From assembly GCA_028534125.1 (NCBI GenBank), contig CM052818.1:43154001-43218000 (forward strand): a stretch of DNA of 64,000 bases, written 5' to 3'. A model generated the notes under the pieces. It had not been told where the DNA came from. It made no database searches and saw only the letters and a program-made list of their open reading frames with translations. Position 1 is the first letter of the stretch. Each line of letters begins with the position of its first letter. Positions 13,257-25,535 of this stretch are shown here, one piece after another. Both the position numbers and the translations under genes were made by a program. Source of the DNA: Lama glama. Lineage: Eukaryota.

Positions 13257-13399
13257 ACTGTTCTGCGCTTGGCTAACATGGGCAGTGCTTGCTCATAAGC
13301 TGTGGGTTCTCCCTGCAGCTCTGATGATTTTGTCTGAGTTTGCTCACAAGCTGAGGTAGTGCATTTTCCCCCCTACAGATAGGATTTCTGATAGGTACC

Positions 13400-14220
13400 G
13401 AATTATTTAGGATTTTGATTTAACATTTTATTTTGGTGGCATATGTTTTTCTAAAATTGTGTGTGTAATCTATGTTTTCATTTATATTCTCCTGAGTAAT
13501 TTTGTAGTTTATTTGTCTTTAGTATTTCTTAGTTTATAAGTATTTCTCTATGTAGCTGTAGCTGTCTCTTCTCTTATTCTCAGTATTACTCAGCTTTGCT
13601 TCTCTGTGATGGCTTCCTGATTACTCTTGCTAGATCTGCGTCTGTTTTATTAGACTTTCTGAAGGAGTGGCTTCTGTTACTTTTTGTTTTCACGTAGTTA
13701 ATTCTTTATTATATTCTTCAGGTTTACTCTGATGATTTTTGTCTTAAGTTTTGTTTTTTTAATTTGAAACCGTGACTTAATTTACCATCATTCTGCCCTT
13801 AAATATATGTTCTTAAGATTGTATATTCCCTTCCAGGTACAGGCTTGGCTGAAAGCCTCATGTTTTGACATATTGTTTGTTTTCTGTTGTTTTACTTTGA
13901 TTATTCCATCTAAAACTTTGCTATTTTCACTGTATTTTTTCTTGATCTGTGCTTTGGTTATTATTGCATTTTTTAAGTCTCCCATTTTTATCTATGTGTA
14001 TGTGAAAGAGACAGAGATATATTATATATAAATACATGTTTAATTTGATGTATTATGTTTGGAAAACATGATCTGGATTATATTGACTCTTCGCTGTATA
14101 TTGACAGTTATTTTTCTTAGATAGCCACTTAAAATGCAGCTCCTCTGCTTGAATGTTATTTGTATATGAATTTGAGGACAAACCATAATATTCACAAATT
14201 GACCTAAGTCCGTTTGGCTC
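13400..14220 (-). mobile_element. old L1M ORF2 fragment (continuation of 10130-10820)
   Basis: Resumes with 'ttatttaggattttg' where the left part ends at 'ttccttttaatat'; T-rich antisense L1. Confidence 0.6.
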
Positions 14221-14939
14221 TTCACAATTATTTGCTTCTTTTTGGTGGCTATTACCACTCTAGGTTTCTTTCCTACAACCTCTTACTAGGTTACAGAAAG
14301 TAATTATTAACTTGATTTCTACCACTTATATATACATTTTTACTTATAAAATTTATTTTTCTTGTTTCATGTTCTGTAAGCACCAAGAAACTCTGGTTCT
14401 GTTACATTTGAAATGCACCAGTAGCTCCTTGCATGAAAGATCCTCCCAAGGCAAAGATGACAATCTTTTAGTACCATAATTTAGTTACTCTTAGTTGGAT
14501 TCAGGCAACAAAAATTCTCTGAGTCAGTGTCCAGACAAACGACTACTTTAGGATCAAGCCTCAGGTGCTGCTCTTAAGTGTATAGTATAATGCATGCACT
14601 CAGTTCCTGTATCCTGTTGATGCAAAGTTGAGAACTCTTGTTCTTTTTTTTTTTTTTTTTTGCCATTCTGTGTGTCCTAAAGCCACCCATTTTATCAATA
14701 AAAAGACTTTTTTTTCTTTTATTAAACCTCCAGTGTTGTGCAGAACTAAAGATAACTGAAGCTCTTTTAGAAGCTGCCTCGAGATTATTGACTTCTACTT
14801 GGAAGCTTTCAAATACTCTATTCCTGGAGTATGTAATGTTTTAGGGAACTAAATCTAAAATTCAAACTAAAAAGCAAAACCCTATACTTGCCACTATCAA
14901 TACTGAATTATTAAAATTTAAGTTAAAGATGAACATGAG

Positions 14940-16260
14940 TTCTATTAAAGTAAAACTAGTAAGAAAAATCACTCCTAAACCCATCACTCAAAAGTAAGCA
15001 CAGTTAAACATTTTAATTGACAATGTTAGGCTGTAACTTTACTTGTATCTCTATCTATACACAGTGGCACATATGCATATATATGCACATATAAATATGT
15101 ATTTTCAGTATTAGTCTGTACATTTCCATTTATTTTTTTCTATATACACTTGCATACACATATAACCATATAGTGTGTATTTTGAAATCTGCTTTTTAAT
15201 AATGATTGAAGGATTTATATGTGTCAGTAAATATCTACACTATTATTTCATATTTCTTTATCATCTCTTATTTTATGTTTACAGAATAATTCAATTCATG
15301 TAATCTGAAATCCACTATTGGACATTTATGTTTTCAATTTTATTTGACTACTTTTTACAATACTGTGATGAAAATACGTGTATTGCATCTTTTTCTCTTA
15401 TCTGACAATTTCTTTAGGAAAAATGTCTGTAAGTTAAATTATTAGTTTAATGATAAAACTGTGATGCAGATTCTTGAGATACATTTTCAAGTTATCTTCC
15501 AGAATATTTCTATTACTGATGTACGATAACTTTTATTGTAAAGAATAACAAACCATCTTATTCTATATACATTGCAATACTTTTCTTAAATTTATCACTT
15601 TTATTCAGTTTTGCAGGTTTATATATTTATTTTAAAATTATCTATAAAATCCAATCAGTCATTTCCTTCATGGTTTCTGGTTTTATTGATATGCTTTAAA
15701 AGTCCTTCTACATACCAAAACTCTAACAGAAATATTCATTATACTTTCTTTTACTTCTTTTATGGTTTTTAAAAATATAAATTCTACTTAGTTTATTTTA
15801 GCATAAATGTGAAATACATATCTGGCTTGTTCAGTCGTTTTTCTACTAAACAGTAGGTGTCTCAGGATCATTTTTGAATAATGCATTACTTGACTACCAG
15901 TTTTAAATGATATTATAAAATATATTAAATTCTCTATATAATGCTTTTTTAACAATTTCCTATGCTATCTCACTGATGTGTCTGTCTGCCTATTCTTACA
16001 TGGCCATGGGCCATTAAATTATTATGGCTGCTTAACATAATTAAACTCAGAAATACTTGATATCCCAATTATTAGACCACATTTGTTCTTACAGACATAT
16101 TTAAAATAATTTTGTCTAACTTCAAAAATGTATTTTGAGATTTGAGTAAGATTACACTTGCAGATTAATTTCAAGAGCGCTGAAATATCTACAGTATTAA
16201 AGCTTTCTATTTCTAACAAGCCACTTATCCTCTGGCAAATGAATAATCAAGCAGTTTTAT
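14940..16260 (-). mobile_element. L1ME-type 3' region, highly diverged
   Basis: 'tactgtgatgaaaatacgtgtattgcatctttttctc...tttctttaggaaaaatgtctgtaagttaaatt' and 'atttccttcatggtttctggttttattgatatgctttaaaagtccttc'. Confidence 0.65.
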
Positions 16261-16979
16261 AAAAATCCAAAAAATAGAATTTGTAGGAGATATTTTTCAT
16301 ATATTAAGTCATCATAAGGGCAAAGAGATATTCTATATGCATTTATTTATTTATTAACTCAGTCACATCTATGGATATAATACTAGCAGTACAGAATGTT
16401 ATAATGGTATCAGAAATTACAACCGCAATACTTTGTATTTTGTTTAATTCAGAGAGGAACATTTAATGTTCTTAATATTCATGAACAAAAGATTAGCAAA
16501 GAAATTTATAAGCGTTCGCAGGCATATACATCACTGACACAACTATTTATCTGTAATCACCACTGTTTATCCAAAAGTCACAGAGAACCTACTGTGTACA
16601 AACAGCAAGACAAGCAATGGGAATACAAAATTAATAGATCAATAAATGCTTTGGAACCTTTCAATATATCGAGGTCAACAAATCTACAACCTACTATAAT
16701 TTCCTGTGATACATGTTTTACTAGAATCATGTCAAAAAGATAGAAGATTATCCAGAAGGGAGTAACTAGCATATGAGTCGGGAAATATTTATATTATAAA
16801 TAACCTATATCTGCCTGTACTCCCATGGCTAAGCCATCACCAGTCTTGCTTCCTAGGAAAATCTGACATCTCAAATGTCTTCATCTTCTCTAATTCCAGG
16901 AGAGTCTAAGCTAGTACCATCTCTCATTCAGACTATTGTCAGAATTTATTGTAACAGGTTCACTATCCAAATTTTAAAT

Positions 16980-17210
16980 AAATGAGATACTATTTACATA
17001 ACCTAAAGTTAGCTGTTCTAAAGCATGCAGGCCAGTGGCATTTACTCATATATATTTAGTGCATTCACCATGTTTTGACCTCTGTCTCTCTCCAAAACAT
17101 TTTCATCACCATACCCATTAAGCAGTCACTCACCATTTCCCCTCCTACCAACCCATGGTAAATAATCAATTTTCTATGTCTCTGCATTTGCCTATTCTGG
17201 GAATTTTTAA
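16980..17210 (-). mobile_element. L1MB-type 3' end
   Basis: 'gagatactatttacataacctaaag...tccaaaacattttcatcaccatacccattaagcagtcactc...ctgcatttgcctattctgg'. Confidence 0.8.
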
Positions 17211-17229
17211 ACATACTATATTCTTCAGT

Positions 17230-17392
17230 TTAATAGCAGTATTATATTAATGTTAATTTCTTAGTTTTGTTAATTTAATGTGAAGATGATGAAACATTAG
17301 GGGAAGCAGAGTCAAGGGTATAGAGGAACCCTCTACTACTTTTGAAACTTTTGTGTTGGGCTAAAATTATTTCCAATTGCAGAGTTTAAAAA
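17230..17392 (+). mobile_element. L1MC-type 3' end
   Basis: 'tattatattaatgttaatttcttagttttg...aacattaggggaagcagagtcaagggtatagaggaaccctct...aaattatttccaa'. Confidence 0.75.
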
Positions 17393-17401
17393 AGAACCAT
17401 A

Positions 17402-17561
17402 CACAGGGAACTATATTAGATATCTTGTAGTAGCTTATGATAAAAAAGAATATGAAAACAAATATACATATATTCATGTATGATTGAAGCATTGTGCTGT
17501 ACAGGAAATTGACATGACATTATAAACTGACTATACTTCAATTAAAAAAATAACGTCTTTA
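17402..17561 (+). mobile_element. young cetartiodactyl/camelid L1 3' end with 14-bp TSD
   Basis: 'cacagggaactatattagatatcttgtagtagc...aactgactatacttcaattaaaaaaa'; TSD AAAAAAGAACCATA at 17388-17401 and 17562-17575; TT/AAAA target. Confidence 0.9.
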
Positions 17562-18094
17562 AAAAAAGAACCATAAAAGATGCTATAGAAAACACTGGAC
17601 AGAGCTTTGGTCTTGGAATCCAGTCACAATAGTTTGAGTCCCACTTACACTACTTACTTTCTTTCTTATGCCGTTCACTTGTAAAATACATACTAACAAA
17701 ATTCATAATGGTTAAGTAAATTAAATTCTCTGGGCTTCGAAGATAAGAGGGAATAGAACAGATATGGAAAATCTCTAAGATTCTTCTTATTCTAAATCTG
17801 GAAATTCATTTGTTTTGTAGAGGACCTGAACTCTTCCTCAAGTGGCAATCGACTTAACTGCGAAAACAAATCCAAAGCAAACAGTTGTTCTTATCCACTC
17901 ATGGAAAAAAAATTATTAAAAGGTGAGAAAATATGAAAATCGATATAATTATGTACAAATCTTAGTCTCATACTGGACATTGTAAGTATTTAATAACTCT
18001 GTATATACTTAATTAAGTACACATATACATTTATGTTTTTCTCAAGATGTGTTTAATTATATTGATATCAGTACAGTAGGTCCTTTTACTGGGT

Positions 18095-19470
18095 ACCTCA
18101 CATCCAGCTATCAAAAAAGAAAAAATTACAAGCCATAATAAAAGGCAAAAAAACACAATTTAAAGATAAAGAACAAGCACCCGAACCATATATGGCAGGA
18201 TGGTGGAATTATCAGACTAGAAATTTAAAACAACTGTCATAAATATGCTAATCGCTGTAATAGATAAAGTAGACATCATGCAGGAACGGGCGGACCATGT
18301 AGGCAGAAAGATGGAAATCCTAAGAAAGAACCAAAAGACACGCTAGAAATAGGAAAAAAAAAAAAACTTCCATAACAAAAATGAAGAATGTCATCAATGG
18401 ACTAATGAGCAAACTGGACAGGGATGAGAAAATAACATCTGAGCTTGAGGTTATAACAATAGAAACTTTGAAAACTGAGAAGCAAAGAGATAAAAACTGA
18501 AAATAAAAACCAGAACACAGTATTCAAAGACTGTGGGACAACGGCAAAATGTGTAACATTTGTGTAACAGAAATACGAGAAGGAGAAAAAGAGACAACGA
18601 AACAGAAGAAATACGTAAAACCATAAGGACTCAGAATTTCCTCAAATTAATATCAGACGTCAAACCACAAGTCCAGGAAGTTCAGAGGACACCAAGCAGG
18701 GAAATGTCAAAAAATTACATATGGGAACTGCGTTTTCAAACTATAGAAAATCAAAGATAAGGAAAAAAATTCTGAAAGAAATCAGAGGAAGAAACCTTAC
18801 CTACTGAGGAGCAAAGATAAGATTCACACTTGATTTCTCCTCAGAAACCATCTGAACAAGAAGAGAGTGGAGAAAACTATTTAATATGTTAAGAGGAACA
18901 AACCACCAACCTATAATTCTGCACCACGAAAAATTATCCCTCTGAAGTGAAGAGGAAAAGGATACTTTCTCAGACAGCAAGCACTGAGGGGACTTGTTGT
19001 CGGTAGCCATGCCTTTCAAGAAATGGTAAGAAAAATAATGTAGGTCAGAAATTCAGATCTACATGAAAAAAAGGAAGAGCATCAAACCATGAAAAAGTGA
19101 AGGGAAAATTAAAAATTTTAGTTTTCTTATTCTTAAGAAGTCTAAGATAAAAATTTGCTCAAAATGCTAACCATCTCAATAATGATTTGATTGTGCATGT
19201 TTATGGATATTTTATGTATTTGTATTTGCATATGGTTGCTCTTTGTAAGTAAAATGGATGACAGCAATGATACAGAGGATGGTAGGGAGAAATTAGAATT
19301 ATTTTGTTATTACGATGTACTTACGAAACCTGTGAAGTGGTAGAGTGTTATTTGAAAGTGGATTTGGATTAGCTGTAAAAGTATATTGCAAACTCTGGGG
19401 CAACCACTAAAAAAAAAATAATTAATTAAAAGAAGTATAACTAATATGCTAAGAAATGAGAGAAAACTGA
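18095..19470 (+). mobile_element. L1M ORF1 and inter-ORF region, decayed
   Basis: ORF 18560 'NFLKLISDVKPQVQEVQRTPSR' and 'ttgatttctcctcagaaacc...caagaagagagtggaga' match L1 ORF1. Confidence 0.85.
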
Positions 19471-20039
19471 GCTTTTCTTGCAAGTTCTAATTGAAACTTA
19501 AACACACAGAGAAAGAGCTACTTGGCAAAGCACAAAGTCTTGCCTCTTGCACTGCCCATTAGGGACAACATTTTTTTTTAATTTTAAGTTTACTGGAATA
19601 TAAATTTTAACCCAGTTTCTCCTGAATGAAAATGTTAGGGTCCACAGCACAGTAAGTGTGATACAGCTTGTTAGAGAATCTGCTTTCTTTAAGAAAGCTC
19701 CTCCCACAGCCTCCTTCATTTCACAAGGGACTGATTCCAATCAAGGACACTGTTTTAATTCAGAAGAAACATCCAAAGAAGTAAGGAAATTATAGCTATT
19801 ATAATCCCATAACAAGCTATAAAGAAAAGACAACAGTGAGACTATTGTGTCCAGAGGACCCACCGGGTGGCACTGAGTGAGCCAGAATTAGAATGCAGTT
19901 ATTAGACGTTCACTTCCAACTGCTCCATCACACTGTTGCTCTTACTTTGTGCTTCAATGGAATGGTCTCTAAAGAGCTTTAAGATACGTTTTGTCTCTTA
20001 AAAATGTAAATGCTTTTAGCATACTCTTTCTTCATCGTA

Positions 20040-20760
20040 TTGATAGACTTTTGTTTATTATAAAAACGATACCTGGACATAAAAATCAAAATGCAGAATC
20101 ATGTAGAGATAAAGCCCACCTTTGTCCTTAAACCAACCTATTTATATTTATAAGTATTATTTTTTGATTAGTGGATTTATACCAGGCATCTTTTTCTGCA
20201 ACTTGCTTTCTTAATGTAATACTACGGTCTAAGTTATTTGTCCATGTTACTGCCAGATCTAATCTATTATTTTCATGGCTCATAGAATACTGTTTAGCCA
20301 TACAGCATGGGTTACTCAAACTTCACTTACAGACGGACCTTGAGTTGGTTCTCAATGATTGGCTATCAGTAATTTAACAAATATGCATAGCTCATATGTA
20401 CTTTCACCATATATGTGTATTTACAAATACATGCACTTGCATCTCAATTTATATATATAACATATTAATTTGTAATCCCTGTAAAATATGCATACGTGTG
20501 TGTAATCATATATGCATATGTGCGTTTATAAGTATATTTTCCCTTAGTTTAGATACCAAGAATGGGATTGAATGGGTCAAACATTAGGTAGAATTTAAAT
20601 TTGGACAGATACAGCTAAACAATGCGCAAAGTAGCATACATCAACAGTGTCAACAGTATCTTAGAATGCCATTTACCCACTCACTTGCTAACACTGATCA
20701 TTGGTTCAATTCAGTATTCTGAATATAATGGGCAGACTGTGTTACCTTGTGGTTGCCCTT
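20040..20760 (-). mobile_element. L1ME-type 3' fragment
   Basis: 'tttttctgcaacttgctttcttaatg...ttattttcatggctcatagaatac...ttagataccaagaatgggattgaatgggtcaa'. Confidence 0.65.
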
Positions 20761-21619
20761 CTTTCGTATAAAGAAAATAGTTTATCGTTTATTGTTCTGT
20801 TTTCCAAGTATACACATAGAGAATGTGAATTTGGTTTTTGAGTCTTTGAACTAAGCACCTTATAATGTCTTTCACTCTCTCTAGTCTTGCTAAGAATAAC
20901 GATGACTACAGTAACAAGAAGTTACAGTCTTGCACGTTTATATTAAGCTTACAGTTCCCAAGTTCTTGAATTCATTATATTCTTTGCATCCTCACTGTGC
21001 CGAATTATCAGGGTCCTCATAATTATCATAGTTTTGCAAAAACTGAAAAGCAACTAAAACTCAGAGAAATGCAATGACCAAGGTCACACAAGATCATATA
21101 AGATAATGTGTGAAAAAAGTTTTTAAAATTGTAGATTCTTGCACAGCTTAAGAAATGGGAATATGATGATAAGAAATCATTCGCTTTGTTGAATAAAAGA
21201 GAATTCATGCTTCTCAGCTGGAAAGCTGGAATCTAGCAAACATTAAGATTGAAATGTTTAGGAAAACCTTTTCTCAGTATTCAGAGACTACTCTGAGACA
21301 GGTGCATATCGGGACATAGCAGCCACCCCCTGCCTAGCAAAATCTTTGCCAGAATTCAGTCTTTGCAAGAGCTGGGTATGAATTTTTCATAGACTGCTGG
21401 AAGGGACCTGAAACAAGAATTCTTCAAACAGTCCTGGCAGCATCAGATTATATAAGGCACTGGAAAATAAGGGATGCAAATGTGAGTGAGCAAGGGGAGC
21501 ATGTCGTTTCTAACCAGCAAGAGCAATTTTCCATTTTGAATGATTTTTTCCCTCTAATTTCACTCTATGAGGTAGGTGGTGCACCTGAACCTTAATGTTT
21601 AAAACCACATGAAAGTTTG

Positions 21620-21945
21620 TACATGCATCAAACATGCCTGCTGCATGCACACAGTCACAGAGATGAGCACACACATGGAAATACACATGCACACACAAAT
21701 ACATTCTTCCACAATGGAAACATGAATGCAGACTGGGGAGGGTATGTATATTCATGTAGACCAGTAAATGCGCTATACACACTTGTACTGACACTTCACT
21801 AAAGCGCTCACACGTATGTATAGAATCATACCCAATACATAGTGCTCACACATAAAACAGGATAAACATAGTACTTACAGTGAATGCATGCATACATGTG
21901 TATGCAAAAATATTCATGCACAGATAGAAATAAAAGTATATGCAT
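21620..21945. repeat. degenerate (CA)/(TA)/(CATG) low-complexity tract
   Basis: Repeated acac/atgc/atac units, e.g. 'acacatgcacacacaaatacat', 'atgcatgcatacatgtgtatgc'. Confidence 0.6.
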
Positions 21946-21954
21946 GTTCAGAAT

Positions 21955-22190
21955 TTCCAAAGACTTTGAGATCAGTATAACCCTGATGCCGAATCCCAAC
22001 AAAGATACTATAAAAAAAAGAAGAACAACAATAACAAAAGTACAGACTAACACCCCTTAGGCCATCCCGGGGAAAGCCAACCATTTTATTCTAGAAAATC
22101 GAATCAGTAATGAATCATAAAGATAACATGTCATGAAAAAGTTGGGTTTATCCCCAACATTTCCAAATATACAAAAATTCTTAAATTTAT
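21955..22190 (+). mobile_element. L1 ORF2 fragment
   Basis: 'ttgagatcagtataaccctgatgccgaatcccaacaaagatactataaaaaaaag...gttgggtttatccc'. Confidence 0.75.
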
Positions 22191-22249
22191 GGAACTTTGG
22201 TTTTAGACAAAATTCATTATTTCTATAACTGAGAACATTTTATCATTTC

Positions 22250-24110
22250 TGTAATAAGCATTTACCAAGCCCTAATATGCGACGTACACTATGCTAAATT
22301 CTCTGAATACAGAGATTAATAGGATATAATACTTGCCTTTGAGGACACCATGGGATATTGATGGAATATGTAGTTAAAACCAACACCGTGAGCACCTAAT
22401 ATCATTGTTTCTAGACAATGTGGCTGTTTTGCAGAAGAGCGCTTCAATTTGCTCGTGAAGAAGATGAATTTGGGAAAGCAACCTCAAGAGGTGAAGACCG
22501 AGTTGGAACTCAAAGGGCAAGAAAACAATGAATTAAATTTAAAAGTCTAGGAAGAACATTTTAGGTGGTGGCAACAGCATAAGCAAAACCACAGGGAACT
22601 CAAAACCCAGCATGAACCTGAGAGTAACTTCAAGATCTTCAGAATTGATAACGCTTAGAAGACAAAGCAGACTTGCCCTGAGAGACTGGTAGGGGACATG
22701 CAGTTAAAGGCTTTGAATGTCTTTTTTCATTTGTGTTTTTCCTGTAGCTGCAGCAAGTTCTTAGCAGGAAAGTGACTCAGTCAGAATCTCATTTTCACAT
22801 CACTCTCTGCAGTTTGGGATGAGATAGAATTCAGTTTTGCAAGTTTGAGACAAGAAGACACTTTAAAAGATTATTTAAATTGTCTGTCCCAGGGATGATG
22901 AAGACATGTCTTCAATCAGTGTTAATGGAAAGAAAAGGATGGATCTGATTTTTTAAATATCAAATATTCAAAAATTGGCAAGAATTAATGATTGCTTGAA
23001 TCAGAATATGAGAGAATAGCGTCTAGTCTTCTTCTCAGGTTTCTAACATGGACAAATGAATCTAGATCCTTCCAACTGAGAATTTATGTGAACACATGGG
23101 AGGGGAAGACATAAAGCAGCACATAACAAGGTATGCTGGGGTGCCTCATGTATGTCTAGACACAGATGGTTAAAGCTCAGAGGTGAGATATAGGATAAAA
23201 ATATGAAAAAAAATGAGTCAATAGTTTATATTGAGGATGTATATAATTTTATATGAGTAATCAGACTAGGACAGAACTATAAGGATTAGCATCATTTAGC
23301 AGATACACAAAGGAAGGGGATCCTTTCAAAATGCACAGACAAAATTATAGTCTGAGACAGGTAGGGAGAACCAAAACTGTGTTAAGATGGAAACTAAGAA
23401 CATGAACAATTCAAGGATGAAGAGAGTGGTCCATGTTGCCAAAAGCTGCAGAGATCTATGAAAAATGAAACTATCAGTTAAGCATTAGTGTCTTTAGTGA
23501 ATCTAGTTTAAATAGTCTATTGAGCAGAAACCAGACTGAAAGCATTTTATCAGAATGTGATTTGAGAAGATGCAACATTGGTGAAGAACACATATCTAGG
23601 ATGGCTGGAGAGGGGAGGATTAAAAGCGGTGGTTAGAACTTACTTTATGAATTAATTCTATTAGTAAATTTTAGGGTAACAAAAGTTTTGAAAGCTGATG
23701 GATAGGATACAATAAAATATATTTGTTGAGATTGATAATGTAATAGTTATTTTTCTAAAAACTTTAATAGATTAACTTTATTTTATAGGTAAGCAAATTG
23801 AGGCACAGAAGGATAAGTAACTTGGCCCAGGTCACTCACCCAGTAAGTGGTAGAATTAGGGTTTGAATACAGGCAGCTGGGTCTCAGAGTCTGTACTTTA
23901 AGCTCCTGAACTACATCAGTCATAGAAGTGGTCGTGTTGAAAATACAGGGGAAAGAATAAAAGAGACTGATAATGTGCTGCGGTGACGGAAGAGCTGGAA
24001 AAGCATGGGGGGAAGGTGACAGGAGAGGCTTTGATGATGTAGAGGAGGAAAGATATTTCATCAACTGAGAGTTGAAGGAAAATAAAAGTAGCTGAGGATC
24101 AAGATACACT
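22250..24110 (-). mobile_element. L2 element with a nested MIR (~23780-23915)
   Basis: L2 3' end 'taagcatttaccaagccctaatatgcgacgtacactatgctaaattctctgaatacagag'; body 'agtggtccatgttgccaaaagctgcagagatc'; MIR 'aaattgaggcacagaaggataagtaacttggcccaggtcac'. Confidence 0.75.
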
Positions 24111-24469
24111 TATTAGCAACTAAGTTGAGCCATTTGCTGAGAGCATCCTACTTTTGGAGAAGGGGTAGGAAATTGCTGGGATGCACCTTTTACCTACCTG
24201 TGAAAAAGAAAAAGGAATTCTTCCTTCTGCCTTTAGCCAAACCTTTCCCTGTTCCTTAAATTTGACCCCCTCCCATTCTTTCAGGGACTCGATCTCTTAC
24301 TGCTCTTTCTTGACATTTTTTTCAAGACTGGCCACTCCCTATACATGTGGCTTCTCTCACCTTCTTCTCACATTCACCCTCTTTCTCCATCTTTACAGTT
24401 GCTTTGTTACATTACATCCAGTCACCCTCTGGGAATGATGGCATTCTATTGACAAAATGAACGCTGCTG

Positions 24470-24755
24470 TTACAAACATTGGCTTACAACACTCAGGAGC
24501 AGGTTTTAATTTATCAAGGTGTGATCACTTATCTATATAAAAACAGCAACAGCAAATAACTTACTACACTGAGGTATCTGTGGGGACTTCCACATCTGTG
24601 TATGCAGATAAAGTGATGAGCATAATCGATTTGAATAAATAAAGCAATATTAGTGGGGTGGGCGGCAGCTGCCTTTCTCTTCCTTCATATTAGTAATTTA
24701 GAAGAAGGAAAAAATACTTTCCCATACTGCAGGAAGCATGCTAATTTGCATAAAG
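24470..24755. promoter_or_regulatory. candidate cis-regulatory module (motif cluster)
   Basis: ATTGG, GATA x3, T-box AGGTGTGA, TATATAAA, NF-kB-type GGGGACTTCC, E-boxes, GC box and overlapping octamer sites within about 280 bp of non-repeat DNA. Confidence 0.3.
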
Positions 24756-25535
24756 TATGACCTTTGGAATGAGATTCTGGTTTAAATCTTTGTTTCGCCT
24801 TTTACTGTAAGCCTATGGCAAGCTATTGTATTAAATGAGAGATTGTATGTAAAATTTATCAGAACAAGTTAGGTTAGTAGAAGTTTTAGATTATATGCAA
24901 AGAGCATATAATATTTTGGATATTTTATTTTTTCTAACCTTTTTAATGTGGGCATCTTATATTTTCTGAAATTATTGCCTAAATTGTAATACACACTTAA
25001 GTGCATTTGATAACATGCTTCTTACTCGCACTAAAAGAGGAACTAAGTAAAGGCAGAGAGCTCCGAAGAAATGCGAGCCGTTGTTTGCTTGCTTGTAAAG
25101 TTTACCTGAATTCAGAACCCATCTCTAAACCACATGAGGATTTCCTAAACATGCTGGAATTGTGAAATGATTTATACACAACTCATCTAACTTATGTTTA
25201 TCCATCCATTCCTAATGGGTACTTCACTACTCTTCCTCCTCAATCGACAGGAGCGATGTTACTGATCCATTTCTTTAAGTCACAGCACATCTTTTAATAA
25301 ATTGTATATTAAATGTATTACTTTTAAAGGAGGAGATACTACTAGTTGATATGTAGTTAAGATAAAGAATATATGACTTGGCTTCTAAAAGCATGAATTA
25401 TGTAGGAACAGAAGGGAATAATTTAGAAAGAAATACATAGATCACCTTTGCCCTTGTCAATCAGAATTGAATACAGACCTTCCACTCATCTTCACACCGG
25501 TTGTCATCTAAACTTAGGACAAATGTAACACATAT

